Numbered from the stretch's first letter, positions 45,851 to 55,888 are shown. The stretch is 64,000 nucleotides of DNA from an uncultured Bacillota bacterium (GCA_934702375.1 CAKUYE010000003.1:11589-75588); one strand, 5' to 3'. The notes: generated from the letters alone by a model not told the origin. Made by a program: numbers and translations.

Positions 45851-45871
45851 AAGAATCTCTGAGGATAAGGT

Positions 45872-46648
45872 ATGAAGGGAAAGTATAAAATCAACGAGGT
45901 CGCAAAAATGCTGGGAGTTTCTACCTCGGCGATTCGTTTTTATGAAAAAAAAGGGCTTTTTTCTGCTTTGAAAAATGAGGAAAACGGATATCGAACTTTT
46001 GATGACCATGATGTCTATAAGATTTGGAGTATCATTTATCATCGCAATATTGATCTGAGCGTTAACGATATTTATCGTTTGAAACATTCCGGTACCCTTG
46101 GCGATGTCGCGGAGATGATCGCGCAGCAAAAAGCAGATACTTTGGAGCGTATTACTGCGGAACAAAGAAAATTGGCTGTTTTTCAATATTATGATCGACT
46201 CATTGAAAAAGCCCAGCGCCATAAGGAACCGCCGCTCAAGTTAGACACCGGTGATCTCTATTTCTTTCAGCGCAGAGCCTTTTATGAAAGCTGTTGTTCC
46301 ACTTTTCCTGTCAGTAACCCCTGTGATGTATTTTTATCGTCCAAGCAAAGGAATGAGGATGGCACCGACTTTTGCCTGATCTTTGGGGAGGATATGGATA
46401 TTGTTGCACCGGAAGATCGCAGCAAAGTAGAGAAGATGGTTCCTTCTTTCCGAGGGTTATCGGTTATTGTAAGCTTTGAGGGGGATTTTGATCCCGGCAA
46501 GGCATTTTCTCTGGCTCTTGAAAAAGCCGCCGGGGATGAATGGGAGCCTGCATTTCCCTGTTATGTGATCTATTTGATGTCCACCGGTGATTGGGAGCAT
46601 GCCGTACGTTATTACGAGGTGCTGCTGCCTTTGCCGGATGCCGAATAA
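45872..46648 (+). CDS. MerR-family transcriptional regulator with C-terminal effector-binding domain
   Basis: The N-terminal MerR HTH is YKINEVAKMLGVSTSAIRFYEKKGL. Length is 258 aa. Confidence 0.85.
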   Translation: MKGKYKINEVAKMLGVSTSAIRFYEKKGLFSALKNEENGYRTFDDHDVYKIWSIIYHRNIDLSVNDIYRLKHSGTLGDVAEMIAQQKADTLERITAEQRKLAVFQYYDRLIEKAQRHKEPPLKLDTGDLYFFQRRAFYESCCSTFPVSNPCDVFLSSKQRNEDGTDFCLIFGEDMDIVAPEDRSKVEKMVPSFRGLSVIVSFEGDFDPGKAFSLALEKAAGDEWEPAFPCYVIYLMSTGDWEHAVRYYEVLLPLPDAE

Positions 46649-46667
46649 AGAAAAGAAATGACCTCTA

Positions 46668-46698
46668 TTGACTTTCATCCTTGTTGAAGGTGTAAAAT
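46668..46698 (+). promoter_or_regulatory. MerR-type promoter: TTGACT-19 bp-TAAAAT with CCTTgttgAAGG dyad in the spacer
   Basis: The -35 is at 46668-73 and the -10 at 46693-98, with a 19-bp spacer. The inverted repeat CCTT/AAGG is centred in the spacer. The promoter lies between merR and the SMR gene. Confidence 0.65.
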
Positions 46699-46734
46699 AA
46701 GTTCATAAAAACAAGGAAGAAAAGAGGTTCTTTT

Positions 46735-47064
46735 ATGAGTACATCGGTTGCCTGGATTTTATTGTTTATTGCTGCTTGTTTTGAAGTTGCCTGGGCCGGT
46801 ACAATGAAGCTGACGGAAGGATTTACTCGGTTGTTGCCGTCTATCATTAATTTGGTGTGTATGGGGTGCAGTGTGTTTCTGATTGAAAATGCAGCAAAGG
46901 TGCTGCCGGTAGGCACTGCCTATGCCGTTTGGACCGGGATCGGTGCCGTTGGCGCTGTGATATTGGGGATCGTGGTCTATCATGAGCCGGTAAGCGCATT
47001 ACGGATTTTGTTTCTGTTTCTGATCATTGCCGGGATCATCGGCTTAAATTTAACAACGCATTGA
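46735..47064 (+). CDS. SMR-family small multidrug/guanidinium exporter (SugE/Gdx-like)
   Basis: The 109-aa product has 4 TM helices. Motifs are AWILLFIAACFEVAWA..MKLTEGFT and PVGTAYAVWTGIGAVG. Confidence 0.9.
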   Translation: MSTSVAWILLFIAACFEVAWAGTMKLTEGFTRLLPSIINLVCMGCSVFLIENAAKVLPVGTAYAVWTGIGAVGAVILGIVVYHEPVSALRILFLFLIIAGIIGLNLTTH

Positions 47065-47075
47065 GGTTTTGTTTT

Positions 47076-47702
47076 ATGGCTGTGTTATGTTTTGATTTTG
47101 ACGGCACCATTGCCGATTCCCTTTCTCTGGAGGAAAAGTATTACTTACCTTCATTACTCGATTATGGCATTACCTGTTTCTCTTCGATGAACGATGTTAA
47201 AGCTGCCTGCCGAGAAAATTATTATGACTTTTGTCGGAATCAGGGTATCTCTTCGGAGACATTGACAGAGCTGGATTCTCTTTATAAAAAGGCACTGAAA
47301 GAAAATGATGTGATTATTCCGCTCTTTCACGGCATTCCCGAGATGTTTGATGCACTTTGCAAGAAACACCGAATCTATGTGGTATCTTTGAATTCGGTTT
47401 TAGAAATCCGCCGTACTTTATCGCATTATGGCGTTACATCGGTGCAGGCGGTTCGTGGCTGGGAAGATGATCGCAATAAAGCAGCTGCTTTAAGACGAGT
47501 TAAAATGGAGTTCCCCGATGAGGATATCGTGTTGATCAGTGATTCTGTTGGTGATATGAAGGAAGGCAAGGTCGCTGAGATCGCAAAAGTGATTGCCGTG
47601 ACTTATGGTTGGGGCGATCGGGCGGAGTTGGAAGCTGCCGGTGCAGATGTCCTTTTTGACGATATTTCTTCACTAAGTGCCTACTTAATGACGTTGAACT
47701 GA
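47076..47702 (+). CDS. HAD-superfamily hydrolase
   Basis: It has DFDGTIADS (motif I) and the C-terminal motif ISDSVGDM. Confidence 0.85.
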   Translation: MAVLCFDFDGTIADSLSLEEKYYLPSLLDYGITCFSSMNDVKAACRENYYDFCRNQGISSETLTELDSLYKKALKENDVIIPLFHGIPEMFDALCKKHRIYVVSLNSVLEIRRTLSHYGVTSVQAVRGWEDDRNKAAALRRVKMEFPDEDIVLISDSVGDMKEGKVAEIAKVIAVTYGWGDRAELEAAGADVLFDDISSLSAYLMTLN

Positions 47703-47712
47703 GGTTTTTGCT

Positions 47713-48657
47713 ATGCTTTATTCTCTTACGGCCCGTTGTATCGGAGGCCGTCACCAATTGGATCATTTCTTTGCTTTTTTGCCGGCGATGAAAACCGCCG
47801 GCTTTGCCTATATCAATCTTTGTTTTGCCGAGTTTCAGGAACTTTTAACCGCAGATTTTGATATATGTGGTTTTAAAGAGCGATTGGATTCTTATGGCTT
47901 GAAAGTGAATTTTGCCCACGGACCAATGAAGTACCCGTTTTTATATCATTGTCCGGATCTGTTTGTGGAACATGATAAAATGATGAAGGCCCTTGAGATT
48001 TCTGCTGCTCTTAGCGTGAAATCATTTGTGATTCATCTTGGTTCGGTGTTAGATGAAAAAGGATATGTTTTGCCGGAGCGTTCCTTTGTCGAAAATGTAA
48101 AGTATCTGCGTCCGTATATTGAGTATGGCGCATCCCATGATATCGGCATTGCCATCGAAAACGGTACAAATCAACCTTGGGATGTTCCGATGGATAGCGG
48201 CAGATCCTCTGAACCGAAGATGATGCAGGAGGTTTCCCCTTCTTTTGACGAATTGATTGCAATCTCCGATGCCTTTTTCCGGGAATACGGTAAACGTGTC
48301 TGTGGTATTTGTTTTGATACCGGCCATGCCTTTCTTGCCGGCCTTGATTTGCAGAAGGAGATAAATAAAGTTGGGGAACGCCTTATGGTGACTCATATTC
48401 ATGATAATCATGGGGCGACGGATGAGCATTTGCCCATTGGCCAAGGGGTGATCCCCTGGTCGGAGGTTTGTCAGGGATTTGCGAATATTCGCTATAACGG
48501 TGAGCTTTCCCTGGAACTGTATTTTCCCGAAGAGGTTATGGCTGTATCGAAATTTTCGGATGTTCTGTTCTCTGCGGGTGAAGGCTTGAAACGGCTGGGA
48601 GAAAAGATCGGCTTATCCGTTGCAGAATCGCAGGCCGATTACTCCGATAAAGAGTAA
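47713..48657 (+). CDS. sugar phosphate isomerase/epimerase (xylose isomerase-like TIM barrel)
   Basis: Motifs are FVIHLG, IAIEN, FDTGHA and THIHDN..TDEHLPIG. Confidence 0.85.
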   Translation: MLYSLTARCIGGRHQLDHFFAFLPAMKTAGFAYINLCFAEFQELLTADFDICGFKERLDSYGLKVNFAHGPMKYPFLYHCPDLFVEHDKMMKALEISAALSVKSFVIHLGSVLDEKGYVLPERSFVENVKYLRPYIEYGASHDIGIAIENGTNQPWDVPMDSGRSSEPKMMQEVSPSFDELIAISDAFFREYGKRVCGICFDTGHAFLAGLDLQKEINKVGERLMVTHIHDNHGATDEHLPIGQGVIPWSEVCQGFANIRYNGELSLELYFPEEVMAVSKFSDVLFSAGEGLKRLGEKIGLSVAESQADYSDKE

Positions 48658-48815
48658 TCCCAGAAAAAATAATTTTTTAGGGGAGCGGCTGCAACGATGA
48701 CGGATGGTATGAGCAGAGTGAAGCCATGGGAGAGCTTCATGAAGTAGGCCCAAAGGATCTCTAATAGTCCTGCGGCGATAAGGCTTCGCCATGCATTGGG
48801 AGTGTTGTTGTTCAT
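48639..48815 (-). pseudogene. truncated SMR-family gene remnant
   Basis: MNNNTPNAWRSLIAAGLLEILWAYFMKLSHGFTLLIPSVIV matches only SMR TM1 and TM2. The frame then degenerates and runs into the convergent gene. Confidence 0.5.
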
Positions 48816-49001
48816 TTGATCACCTCTGTTTTTTGTTGTAAAAAAAAACGTCTCGCTGCACATTCCTTCTGAGGCCTATCGGAATGGAGCAAGACGTAAC
48901 CCGGCGGTTAAATATAAAGAATTTATTTGTCGGTAGCAGTATAATACATAGAACCGATAATGTCAATATGGAAAAATCATAAAAAGAAAGCAGGAAGAAA
49001 A

Positions 49002-50030
49002 ATGGTATCTTTTGAAAGTGACTATATTGCCGGCGCACATCCCCGTATTTTGGAACGCCTTAGTGAAACCAATATGGAGCTGCATTCGGGATATGGGGAA
49101 GATATTTTTTGCCAACAGGCAAAAGAAAAAATTCGGACAGCCTGTGCCTGCCCGGAAGCGCAAATAGAATTCCTTGTCGGCGGAACTCAAACCAATGCTC
49201 TGGTGATTGATTCCCTTTTGCCGCGCTGGGATGGTGTTATTGCTGCCGATACCGGCCACGTCAGCACCCATGAAGCCGGTGCCATCGAATACACCGGGCA
49301 TAAGGTAATAACCCTCTGTTCGGAACAGGGTAAACTTTCTGCTGTTGCGGTAAGGCAGTGGCTTGAAGATTTTTACAATGACGGAAATTGTGAGCATATG
49401 GTACAACCGGGGATGGTTTATATCTCTCATCCCACGGAATACGGCACTCTTTATACGAAAGCGGAATTGACCGCTCTTTCCGAGGTCTGCCGTGAATACC
49501 GTATCCCCCTTTTTCTGGATGGTGCCCGGTTGGGCTATGGCTTGATGAGCAAGGAAAGCGATATGGCATTGCCGGATATCGCGGCATTATGTGATGTCTT
49601 CTATATTGGCGGTACGAAGGTAGGTGCTCTTTGCGGCGAGGCCGTAGTTTTTACCCGAGGGAATCGCCCTGCCCATTTTATTAATTTAAAGAAAAAACAC
49701 GGTGCTTTGTTGGCAAAGGGGCGGTTGCTGGGGATCCAGTTTGATACTCTGTTTACCGATGATCTGTATTTCAAAATCTCTTATCATGCCATTACCATGG
49801 CAGAAAAATTGAAAAAGATTCTGAAAGAAAAGGGGTTTTCGTTTTACCTTGAGTCCCCAACAAATCAGCAGTTTGTTATTGTAGAAGATGATAAAATGGA
49901 AGATTTAAAAGAAAAGATCCTCTTTAGCTTTTGGGAAAAGTATGACGACACCCACACGGTAATCCGTTTCGTGACCAGTTGGTCTACGCAAGAGGAGGAT
50001 CTTATTGCGTTGAGAGCGGCTCTTTCTTGA
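49002..50030 (+). CDS. low-specificity threonine aldolase / beta-eliminating lyase family (PLP)
   Basis: It reads SDYIAGAHPRILERL, GGTQTNALVI and FYIGGTKVGALCGEAVVF. The ATG at 49002 has AGGAAG upstream. Confidence 0.85.
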   Translation: MVSFESDYIAGAHPRILERLSETNMELHSGYGEDIFCQQAKEKIRTACACPEAQIEFLVGGTQTNALVIDSLLPRWDGVIAADTGHVSTHEAGAIEYTGHKVITLCSEQGKLSAVAVRQWLEDFYNDGNCEHMVQPGMVYISHPTEYGTLYTKAELTALSEVCREYRIPLFLDGARLGYGLMSKESDMALPDIAALCDVFYIGGTKVGALCGEAVVFTRGNRPAHFINLKKKHGALLAKGRLLGIQFDTLFTDDLYFKISYHAITMAEKLKKILKEKGFSFYLESPTNQQFVIVEDDKMEDLKEKILFSFWEKYDDTHTVIRFVTSWSTQEEDLIALRAALS

Positions 50031-50089
50031 TCTTCGGATTTTTGAATTTCTGGCGTCTATGCTTTAGAGGAAAGGGATGGTGATATACA

Positions 50090-50770
50090 ATGGCGGCCCA
50101 TATTTTAATCGTGGAGGATGACCGGCCTTTGGCGGAAGGAATTTCCATGGCGCTGAAAAGTGAAGAGTTTTCCATTGCTACAGCAGCCACGATAAAAGAA
50201 GGTAAAGCTTATCTTGATTCGTATCGTGTGGATCTGATGATCCTTGATATCAACCTTCCTGACGGCAATGGTTTGGAGTTGCTTACTTCTTTGCGCTCCC
50301 ATTCTTCTCTTCCGGTGATTTTACTTACCGCTAACGATATGGAAACCGATATTGTTTATGGTTTGGAAAGCGGCGCTGATGATTATATAACCAAACCTTT
50401 TGGCCTTGGAGAGCTGCGAGCTCGAGTCCATGCAAGGCTGAGGCGGCATGAGGAACATTTTCGTGAAGTTTACCGCAAAGACGGGTTTGTTTTCGATTTC
50501 CCGAATCAATCCTTTACCAAAGAGGGTGAAGCATTGGAGCTGAGTAAAACAGAACAAAAGCTTTTGCGGCTGCTGGTGATGAATGCCGGACAGATCCTGC
50601 CTCGGGAGCTTTTAATGGAACGAATCTGGGGAAGTGATGAGTTTGTTGATGAAAACGCCCTTTCTGTTGCCGTGCGTCGATTGCGGCAAAAATTGGAGCA
50701 AACACCGTCCCTTCCCAAACATATTATGACGGCTTACGGTATCGGCTACGGTTGGGAGGTTACTTCATGA
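50090..50770 (+). CDS. OmpR-family response regulator
   Basis: The receiver has ILIVEDD and DLMILDINLPDGNG. The winged helix has LSKTEQKLLRLL and YGIGY. Confidence 0.92.
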   Translation: MAAHILIVEDDRPLAEGISMALKSEEFSIATAATIKEGKAYLDSYRVDLMILDINLPDGNGLELLTSLRSHSSLPVILLTANDMETDIVYGLESGADDYITKPFGLGELRARVHARLRRHEEHFREVYRKDGFVFDFPNQSFTKEGEALELSKTEQKLLRLLVMNAGQILPRELLMERIWGSDEFVDENALSVAVRRLRQKLEQTPSLPKHIMTAYGIGYGWEVTS

Positions 50771-51699
50771 CGGCTCTGTATGTCTGCTTTTTTCTGGTAA
50801 TCCTTCTCTGTTTGTTCGGCGTTTGTGTGGCTATTTTTCAAACGCGAAAAGCGCGGCATACTCTTGAACTGCTGGATGAAATGGTGGAACGAGCGGTAAA
50901 AGGGGATTTTGACGGCAGCCTTTACGATGAATCTCTGTTGTCTTCGGTGGAAAATAAATTCTGTGATTACCTCTCGTCTTCTGTCCTTCTGGAAAAAAAT
51001 CTTGCGGAAGAAAAGGCGCGTATTCATGAACTGATCTCTGATATTTCCCATCAGACAAAGACGCCCATTGCTAATATTTTACTGTATAGTGACCTTCTTG
51101 CAGAACAATCCCTGACGGCAGAGGGGCAACTGTGTGTGGCTCATTTGCGGAGCCAGGGAGAACGGCTGCGATTCCTCATCGATGCTTTGATGAAGATATC
51201 GCGATTGGAAGCAGGAATCTTATCTCTTTGTCCGGAAGTTCGCGCTGTCGATTCCTTTGTCGAAACTGCTCTTTCCCAGGTGACGCCGAAAGCGGAAGCG
51301 AAAGATATTTCGCTGCAGTTTACACCTTCGGGAAAGATCGCTGTTTTCGACGAAAAGTGGACGGCAGAAGCGCTTTTCAACCTTTTGGATAATGCGGTAA
51401 AATACACTCCGGCCGGAGGTAGAGTTGCTGTTATGATTACCGATTATGAGTTGTTTTGTCGTATTGATGTTTCGGATACCGGTGTGGGGATTGCTGCAGA
51501 AGAGCTTCCTCAGATTTTTCAGCGTTTTTACCGTGGAACGGCAGTGCGTCAGGAGGAAGGCGTTGGTCTCGGACTTTATCTCGCCAGGCAGATCGTGATG
51601 AGTGAAGGCGGCTATATGAAGGTGTCTTCTGTACCGGGAAAGGGCAGTGTTTTCTCTCTGTTTCTTCCTCGAGAGGAATTGCGGAGTCCTTCTCGGTGA
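50767..51699 (+). CDS. sensor histidine kinase with minimal (single-TM) input domain
   Basis: Its ATGA overlaps the RR stop. It has one N-terminal TM helix, the H-box ISDISHQTKTP, the N-box LLDNAVKYT and the G-boxes DTGVGI / GLGLY. Confidence 0.9.
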   Translation: MTALYVCFFLVILLCLFGVCVAIFQTRKARHTLELLDEMVERAVKGDFDGSLYDESLLSSVENKFCDYLSSSVLLEKNLAEEKARIHELISDISHQTKTPIANILLYSDLLAEQSLTAEGQLCVAHLRSQGERLRFLIDALMKISRLEAGILSLCPEVRAVDSFVETALSQVTPKAEAKDISLQFTPSGKIAVFDEKWTAEALFNLLDNAVKYTPAGGRVAVMITDYELFCRIDVSDTGVGIAAEELPQIFQRFYRGTAVRQEEGVGLGLYLARQIVMSEGGYMKVSSVPGKGSVFSLFLPREELRSPSR

Positions 51700-51860
51700 C
51701 CTTTCCTCTGTTTTTCGGAATCGAAAGAATCTTTCAAAACTGTAAGGTTCTTTTTGCTTACGGAAAGAAAAGAGAAAGATTTCTTTGTTAAACTTAAAGT
51801 ACGTTGAGAGGGGCGAGAGCCTTCAAACGTACTTTTTGTTTATCATAAAGGAGTGAGAAT

Positions 51861-52541
51861 ATGAAAATTTTAGAGACCAAAGGGTTAAAAAAGATCTATG
51901 GCAGCGGGGCAACGGCAGTGCACGCCTTGGATGGCGTTGATCTTTCGGTAGAAAAGGGAAAGTTTGTGGCCATTGTCGGCACCTCCGGCAGCGGCAAATC
52001 GACGCTTCTTCATATGCTGGGTGGTTTGGATCGTCCCACCGCCGGAAAGGTGTTTGTGGACGGCAAAGATATTTTCAACCTGAAGGATGAAGCTCTTACG
52101 ATCTTTCGCCGCCGTAAAATCGGGTTTGTTTTTCAAAGCTATAATTTGGTACCGGTGCTGAATGTGTGGGAAAATGTGGTGCTCCCTATCCAGCTGGATG
52201 GCAGATCGGTTGACACGGATTTTGTCAATGATATTCTCGTGACACTGGGGATTTCTGACCGAAAAGATGCCTTGCCAAATGCCCTTTCCGGCGGACAACA
52301 GCAGCGGGTTGCCATTGCCAGAGCTCTGGCAGCAAAGCCTGCCATTCTTTTGGCCGACGAACCTACGGGAAATCTGGACAGTAAAACCGGTCAGGATGTT
52401 ATGGGGCTGCTCAAGGTCAGCGGCAGTCGCTTTGGTCAAACCATTGTTATGATTACCCATAATGAAGAAATCGCCCAGCTTGCCGATGAGATCATTCACA
52501 TTGAAGATGGGCGGATCGTAGGTGGTGATGGGCAATGCTGA
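51861..52541 (+). CDS. ABC transporter ATPase (MacB/BceA-like)
   Basis: It has [24 protein letters not shown] and [12 protein letters not shown]. Confidence 0.92.
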   Translation: MKILETKGLKKIYGSGATAVHALDGVDLSVEKGKFVAIVGTSGSGKSTLLHMLGGLDRPTAGKVFVDGKDIFNLKDEALTIFRRRKIGFVFQSYNLVPVLNVWENVVLPIQLDGRSVDTDFVNDILVTLGISDRKDALPNALSGGQQQRVAIARALAAKPAILLADEPTGNLDSKTGQDVMGLLKVSGSRFGQTIVMITHNEEIAQLADEIIHIEDGRIVGGDGQC

Positions 52542-55057
52542 AGGTAAAAAATCAAAAGGCTATTCGTCGTTTGGCGGCGCGGAATTTCCGAGCCAGCGGC
52601 ATGCGTAATATTGTGGCGATCCTTGCCATTATGCTTACCGCCATCTTATTTACCGCTCTTTTCACCATTGGCGGCAGCATGATCCTTTCCATGCAGCAAT
52701 CGACCATGCGCCAGGTGGGGACCTCTGCCCACGGTGGCTATAAGTTTCTTACCCAGGGACAATATGATACTTTGAAAAAAGATCCGGAGCTTAAGGATAT
52801 TTCCTATAATATCATCGTGGGCAATGGTGAAAACCCGGAGCTGAAAAAGACCTATACTGAGATCCGTTATACCGAACCTAAGGCAGCAAAGTGGTCTTTC
52901 TCCATGCCGACCACCGGCACCTTGCCGAAGGAAAAATATGATCTGGCCACAACAACACAGGTTTTGGATGCTTTAGGGATTCCCCATCAGTTGGGGCAAA
53001 CGGTACCTCTTGATTTTTCGGTAAACGGTGTGGCTTATCATCAGGATTTTACCCTTTGCGGTTTTTGGCAAGGGGATGAAGTGATGGCGGCCAACGAGAT
53101 CTTTGTTTCTCGAGCTTACAGTGATGAGGTTGCTCCGGTAATCACAACGCCCCTTTACGAAGAGAAGAATCTTGATCCTACCAATCCTTATGCCGGTTCC
53201 ATCAATCCTACCTTCTGGTTCTCCAACAGCTGGGATCTGGAAGCAAAGGTGGAGGCTTTGAGTGAACGCTGTGGTTTCGATCCGAAGCTGGTCAATTCCG
53301 GTGTGAATTGGGCCTATGCTTCTTCCTCAGTGGATTTGCGCACCATTGCCCTTGTTGGCGGATTATTGGTTCTTGTTGGGGTGAGCGGCTATCTGATTAT
53401 CTATAATGTGTTTTATATTTCCGTTTCTCGGGATGTTCGGTTTTACGGCCTGCTGAAAACGGTAGGGACGACAAAACGCCAGATCAAACGCATTGTTCGT
53501 TATCAGGCACTGTTGCTTTGCGGTACCGGTATTCCTCTCGGTCTCGTTTTGGGCTGGCTTTGCGGTAAAGTGCTGCTGCCCTTTGCCGGGAAGATCACAA
53601 ATTACGAGCACTTTGCCGTATCCTTTGACCCTCGAATTTTTGTTGTGGCGGCGCTGTTTACACTCCTTACGGTTTTTATCAGCTGTATTCGCCCGGCAAG
53701 ATTGGCGGCAAAGGTTTCGCCGGTAGAGGCCATTCACTGGACCGGCGTTTCCGTCTCTCAAAAGAGAATCGAAAAGAAAGGGAAAAGGATATCGTCTCGA
53801 ACCTTGGCCGGGGCAAATATCCGTCGGGATCGAAAAAAAGCTGTTCTCGTTGTTGTATCGTTAAGCCTTTCTCTGATTTTACTGAATGCCACTGTTACCA
53901 TTGTGAAGGGCTTTGATATGGATAAATACCTGAAGGAAGAGGCCGTTACTGACTTTACCCTCGGTGATGCGGCATTGATTTTCAAACATAACCTGGAAGA
54001 TCCGGAAGTGATCTCTGCCGATATCGTTGCCGATGTAACGTCTCAACCCTGGGTGAAGGGCTATGGTTGCGTTTATATGCGGGAATCTCAGCACAAAATT
54101 TCCGGAGCCCTTGCCAAAAAGGCCGAGGCTTATATGGCGGATCAAGCCGATACTCCCTGGGGAAAAGAGGCTCTTCAGGGATTGAAAAAGCATCAAATGG
54201 AAAGTCATATTTACGGTGTGGATCCCTACCTTTGGCCGGAGCTGGAAATTCATGATCCCATTGCAGATTGGGATACCTTTGGCACCGGTGATTATGTCAT
54301 CGTATCCTCTTTCTGGGATGACGGCACCGATCGTTACTACGAACCCGGAGATAAAGTGACCATTGATTTTGGCAACGGAAAACAAAAGGGATATACGGTA
54401 TTTGCCATCGGTGATCTGCCATATCCTCTGGGACCGGAGCATGGTCATAGTCTTGATATCTATTTCACACTGCCCGGGGCGGAATATCAGGCTCAAATCG
54501 GCCCTGTCGGCGGGATGAAGCTGGCCTTTGATGTTACGGATGGCAGCATTGATGAAGCGGAAGCCTGGGTAAGCTCTTATTGTGATGCTTCTTCCACCCT
54601 GGATTACGTTTCCTTAAATACTTTTCGGGAGCAATTTGATAATGTGAAAGAAACGTATGCCGTTGTCGGCGGCTCTTTATCGCTGATTTTAGCATTGATC
54701 GGCCTGCTCAATTTCATCAATGCCATGGTGACCTCGGTCTATGCCCGCCGTCGTGAGCTGGCCATGCTTCAGAGCATCGGTATGACGGAAAAACAGCAGC
54801 GTCATATGCTCCTTTGGGAAGGACTGATTTATGCCCTGTTGACCTTTGTGATTACGTTGACTGTTGGCAATTTGATCTGTTATGGCTTCGTTTTGCTCAT
54901 GGCAGGCCAGATATGGTTTTTCACGTATCACTTTACCTTGTTGCCGATCCTTTTCTGTTTGCCCTTCCTGTTACTGATCGCCGTGGCGGTGCCCCGCGTT
55001 TGCGGTCGAAAAATGGCAAAACAAAGCGTTGTAGAGCGCTTGCGCCAGGTTGATTGA
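52535..55057 (+). CDS. FtsX-family ABC permease with two FtsX modules and a large extracytoplasmic region
   Basis: The 840-aa product overlaps the ATPase gene by 7 bp. It has two RR.E.a.L..IGmT-type FtsX blocks (FYGLLKTVGTTKRQI, ELAMLQSIGMTEKQ). Confidence 0.9.
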   Translation: MLKVKNQKAIRRLAARNFRASGMRNIVAILAIMLTAILFTALFTIGGSMILSMQQSTMRQVGTSAHGGYKFLTQGQYDTLKKDPELKDISYNIIVGNGENPELKKTYTEIRYTEPKAAKWSFSMPTTGTLPKEKYDLATTTQVLDALGIPHQLGQTVPLDFSVNGVAYHQDFTLCGFWQGDEVMAANEIFVSRAYSDEVAPVITTPLYEEKNLDPTNPYAGSINPTFWFSNSWDLEAKVEALSERCGFDPKLVNSGVNWAYASSSVDLRTIALVGGLLVLVGVSGYLIIYNVFYISVSRDVRFYGLLKTVGTTKRQIKRIVRYQALLLCGTGIPLGLVLGWLCGKVLLPFAGKITNYEHFAVSFDPRIFVVAALFTLLTVFISCIRPARLAAKVSPVEAIHWTGVSVSQKRIEKKGKRISSRTLAGANIRRDRKKAVLVVVSLSLSLILLNATVTIVKGFDMDKYLKEEAVTDFTLGDAALIFKHNLEDPEVISADIVADVTSQPWVKGYGCVYMRESQHKISGALAKKAEAYMADQADTPWGKEALQGLKKHQMESHIYGVDPYLWPELEIHDPIADWDTFGTGDYVIVSSFWDDGTDRYYEPGDKVTIDFGNGKQKGYTVFAIGDLPYPLGPEHGHSLDIYFTLPGAEYQAQIGPVGGMKLAFDVTDGSIDEAEAWVSSYCDASSTLDYVSLNTFREQFDNVKETYAVVGGSLSLILALIGLLNFINAMVTSVYARRRELAMLQSIGMTEKQQRHMLLWEGLIYALLTFVITLTVGNLICYGFVLLMAGQIWFFTYHFTLLPILFCLPFLLLIAVAVPRVCGRKMAKQSVVERLRQVD

Positions 55058-55168
55058 GTACTCTATTATTTTGTGAATATCAAAATATTGTACTTTCCTT
55101 TTTAATTTGCTTGTGAACCGCCTGCTACTTATGGTATAATCCCGATATAGGGTGGTAATAGGTAGATT

Positions 55169-55831
55169 ATGAATAGAATTGTTGAAGCTTATATTGGTGA
55201 ATATGCCTCAGGGAAAAGTGAAAACGCTGTAAATCGTGCCATTTCCCTGGCTCAAGAGGGGCGAAAAGTAACATTGGTTGACCTGGATTTGGTAGAACCG
55301 GTGTACACCTTGCGTCCCCTCATTCCGTTGCTGGAAGAAAAGGGTGTTCACGTCATTGCCTGGAAAACCGAAGAAACCCTTGGCTTGGGGGAAGCCGGCT
55401 CTGTGCTGCATCCTGCCATGCGTTGGGCTTTGCGAAACGAAGGCGATGTGATCCTTGATATCGGTTACGGTGCGAAAGGCAGTGCAATTTTAAATCTACT
55501 GGAAGGTATCGAAGATGAAAAGGATCTGAAAGTCCTTTTGGTAATTAATACGCTTCGTCCGATGACTGATTCTGTCGAAAAGATCATAGAATATCTTGAT
55601 GAAACCGGACCCGCCCAAGGCTTCATTGCCAATACGCACTTGGGTAAAGATACTACCGTTCCGCTGATGATGGCCGGTCTCGCAATGGTTCAAGAGGCTG
55701 CAAAGAGGGCAAATGTTCCTGTGGTTGCCATGTCTGTGGATGAACGGTTTCGTGATGATTTTCCCGGGGATACGGTAGACGGTGTTCCTTTGCGGATTTT
55801 GTCGCGATATCTGCCCATGGGTTTTTGGTGA
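55169..55831 (+). CDS. P-loop NTPase of unknown function (MinD/CooC-like fold guess)
   Basis: It has a Walker A-like GEYASGKSE and VTLVDLDLVEP. Length is 220 aa. It lies directly upstream of the OFOR operon, after TTGTGA-18-TATAAT. Confidence 0.7.
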   Translation: MNRIVEAYIGEYASGKSENAVNRAISLAQEGRKVTLVDLDLVEPVYTLRPLIPLLEEKGVHVIAWKTEETLGLGEAGSVLHPAMRWALRNEGDVILDIGYGAKGSAILNLLEGIEDEKDLKVLLVINTLRPMTDSVEKIIEYLDETGPAQGFIANTHLGKDTTVPLMMAGLAMVQEAAKRANVPVVAMSVDERFRDDFPGDTVDGVPLRILSRYLPMGFW

Positions 55832-55888
55832 TCTCAGAAAAGGATCATGATATGGAGAGACTTTTTTAGGCTGAAAGGAGTAATCGAA

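Noticed and set aside
45851-45871. A tmRNA (ssrA) gene expected immediately downstream of smpB.
   Set aside because: Only 21 nt separate smpB from the MerR gene, and no tRNA-like acceptor or TΨC end is visible nearby. ssrA must lie elsewhere.
46649-46734. A guanidine riboswitch upstream of the intact SMR gene.
   Set aside because: The 86-nt leader is too short and lacks ACGR-loop hairpins or ykkC-type conserved segments. A MerR-type promoter explains the regulation.
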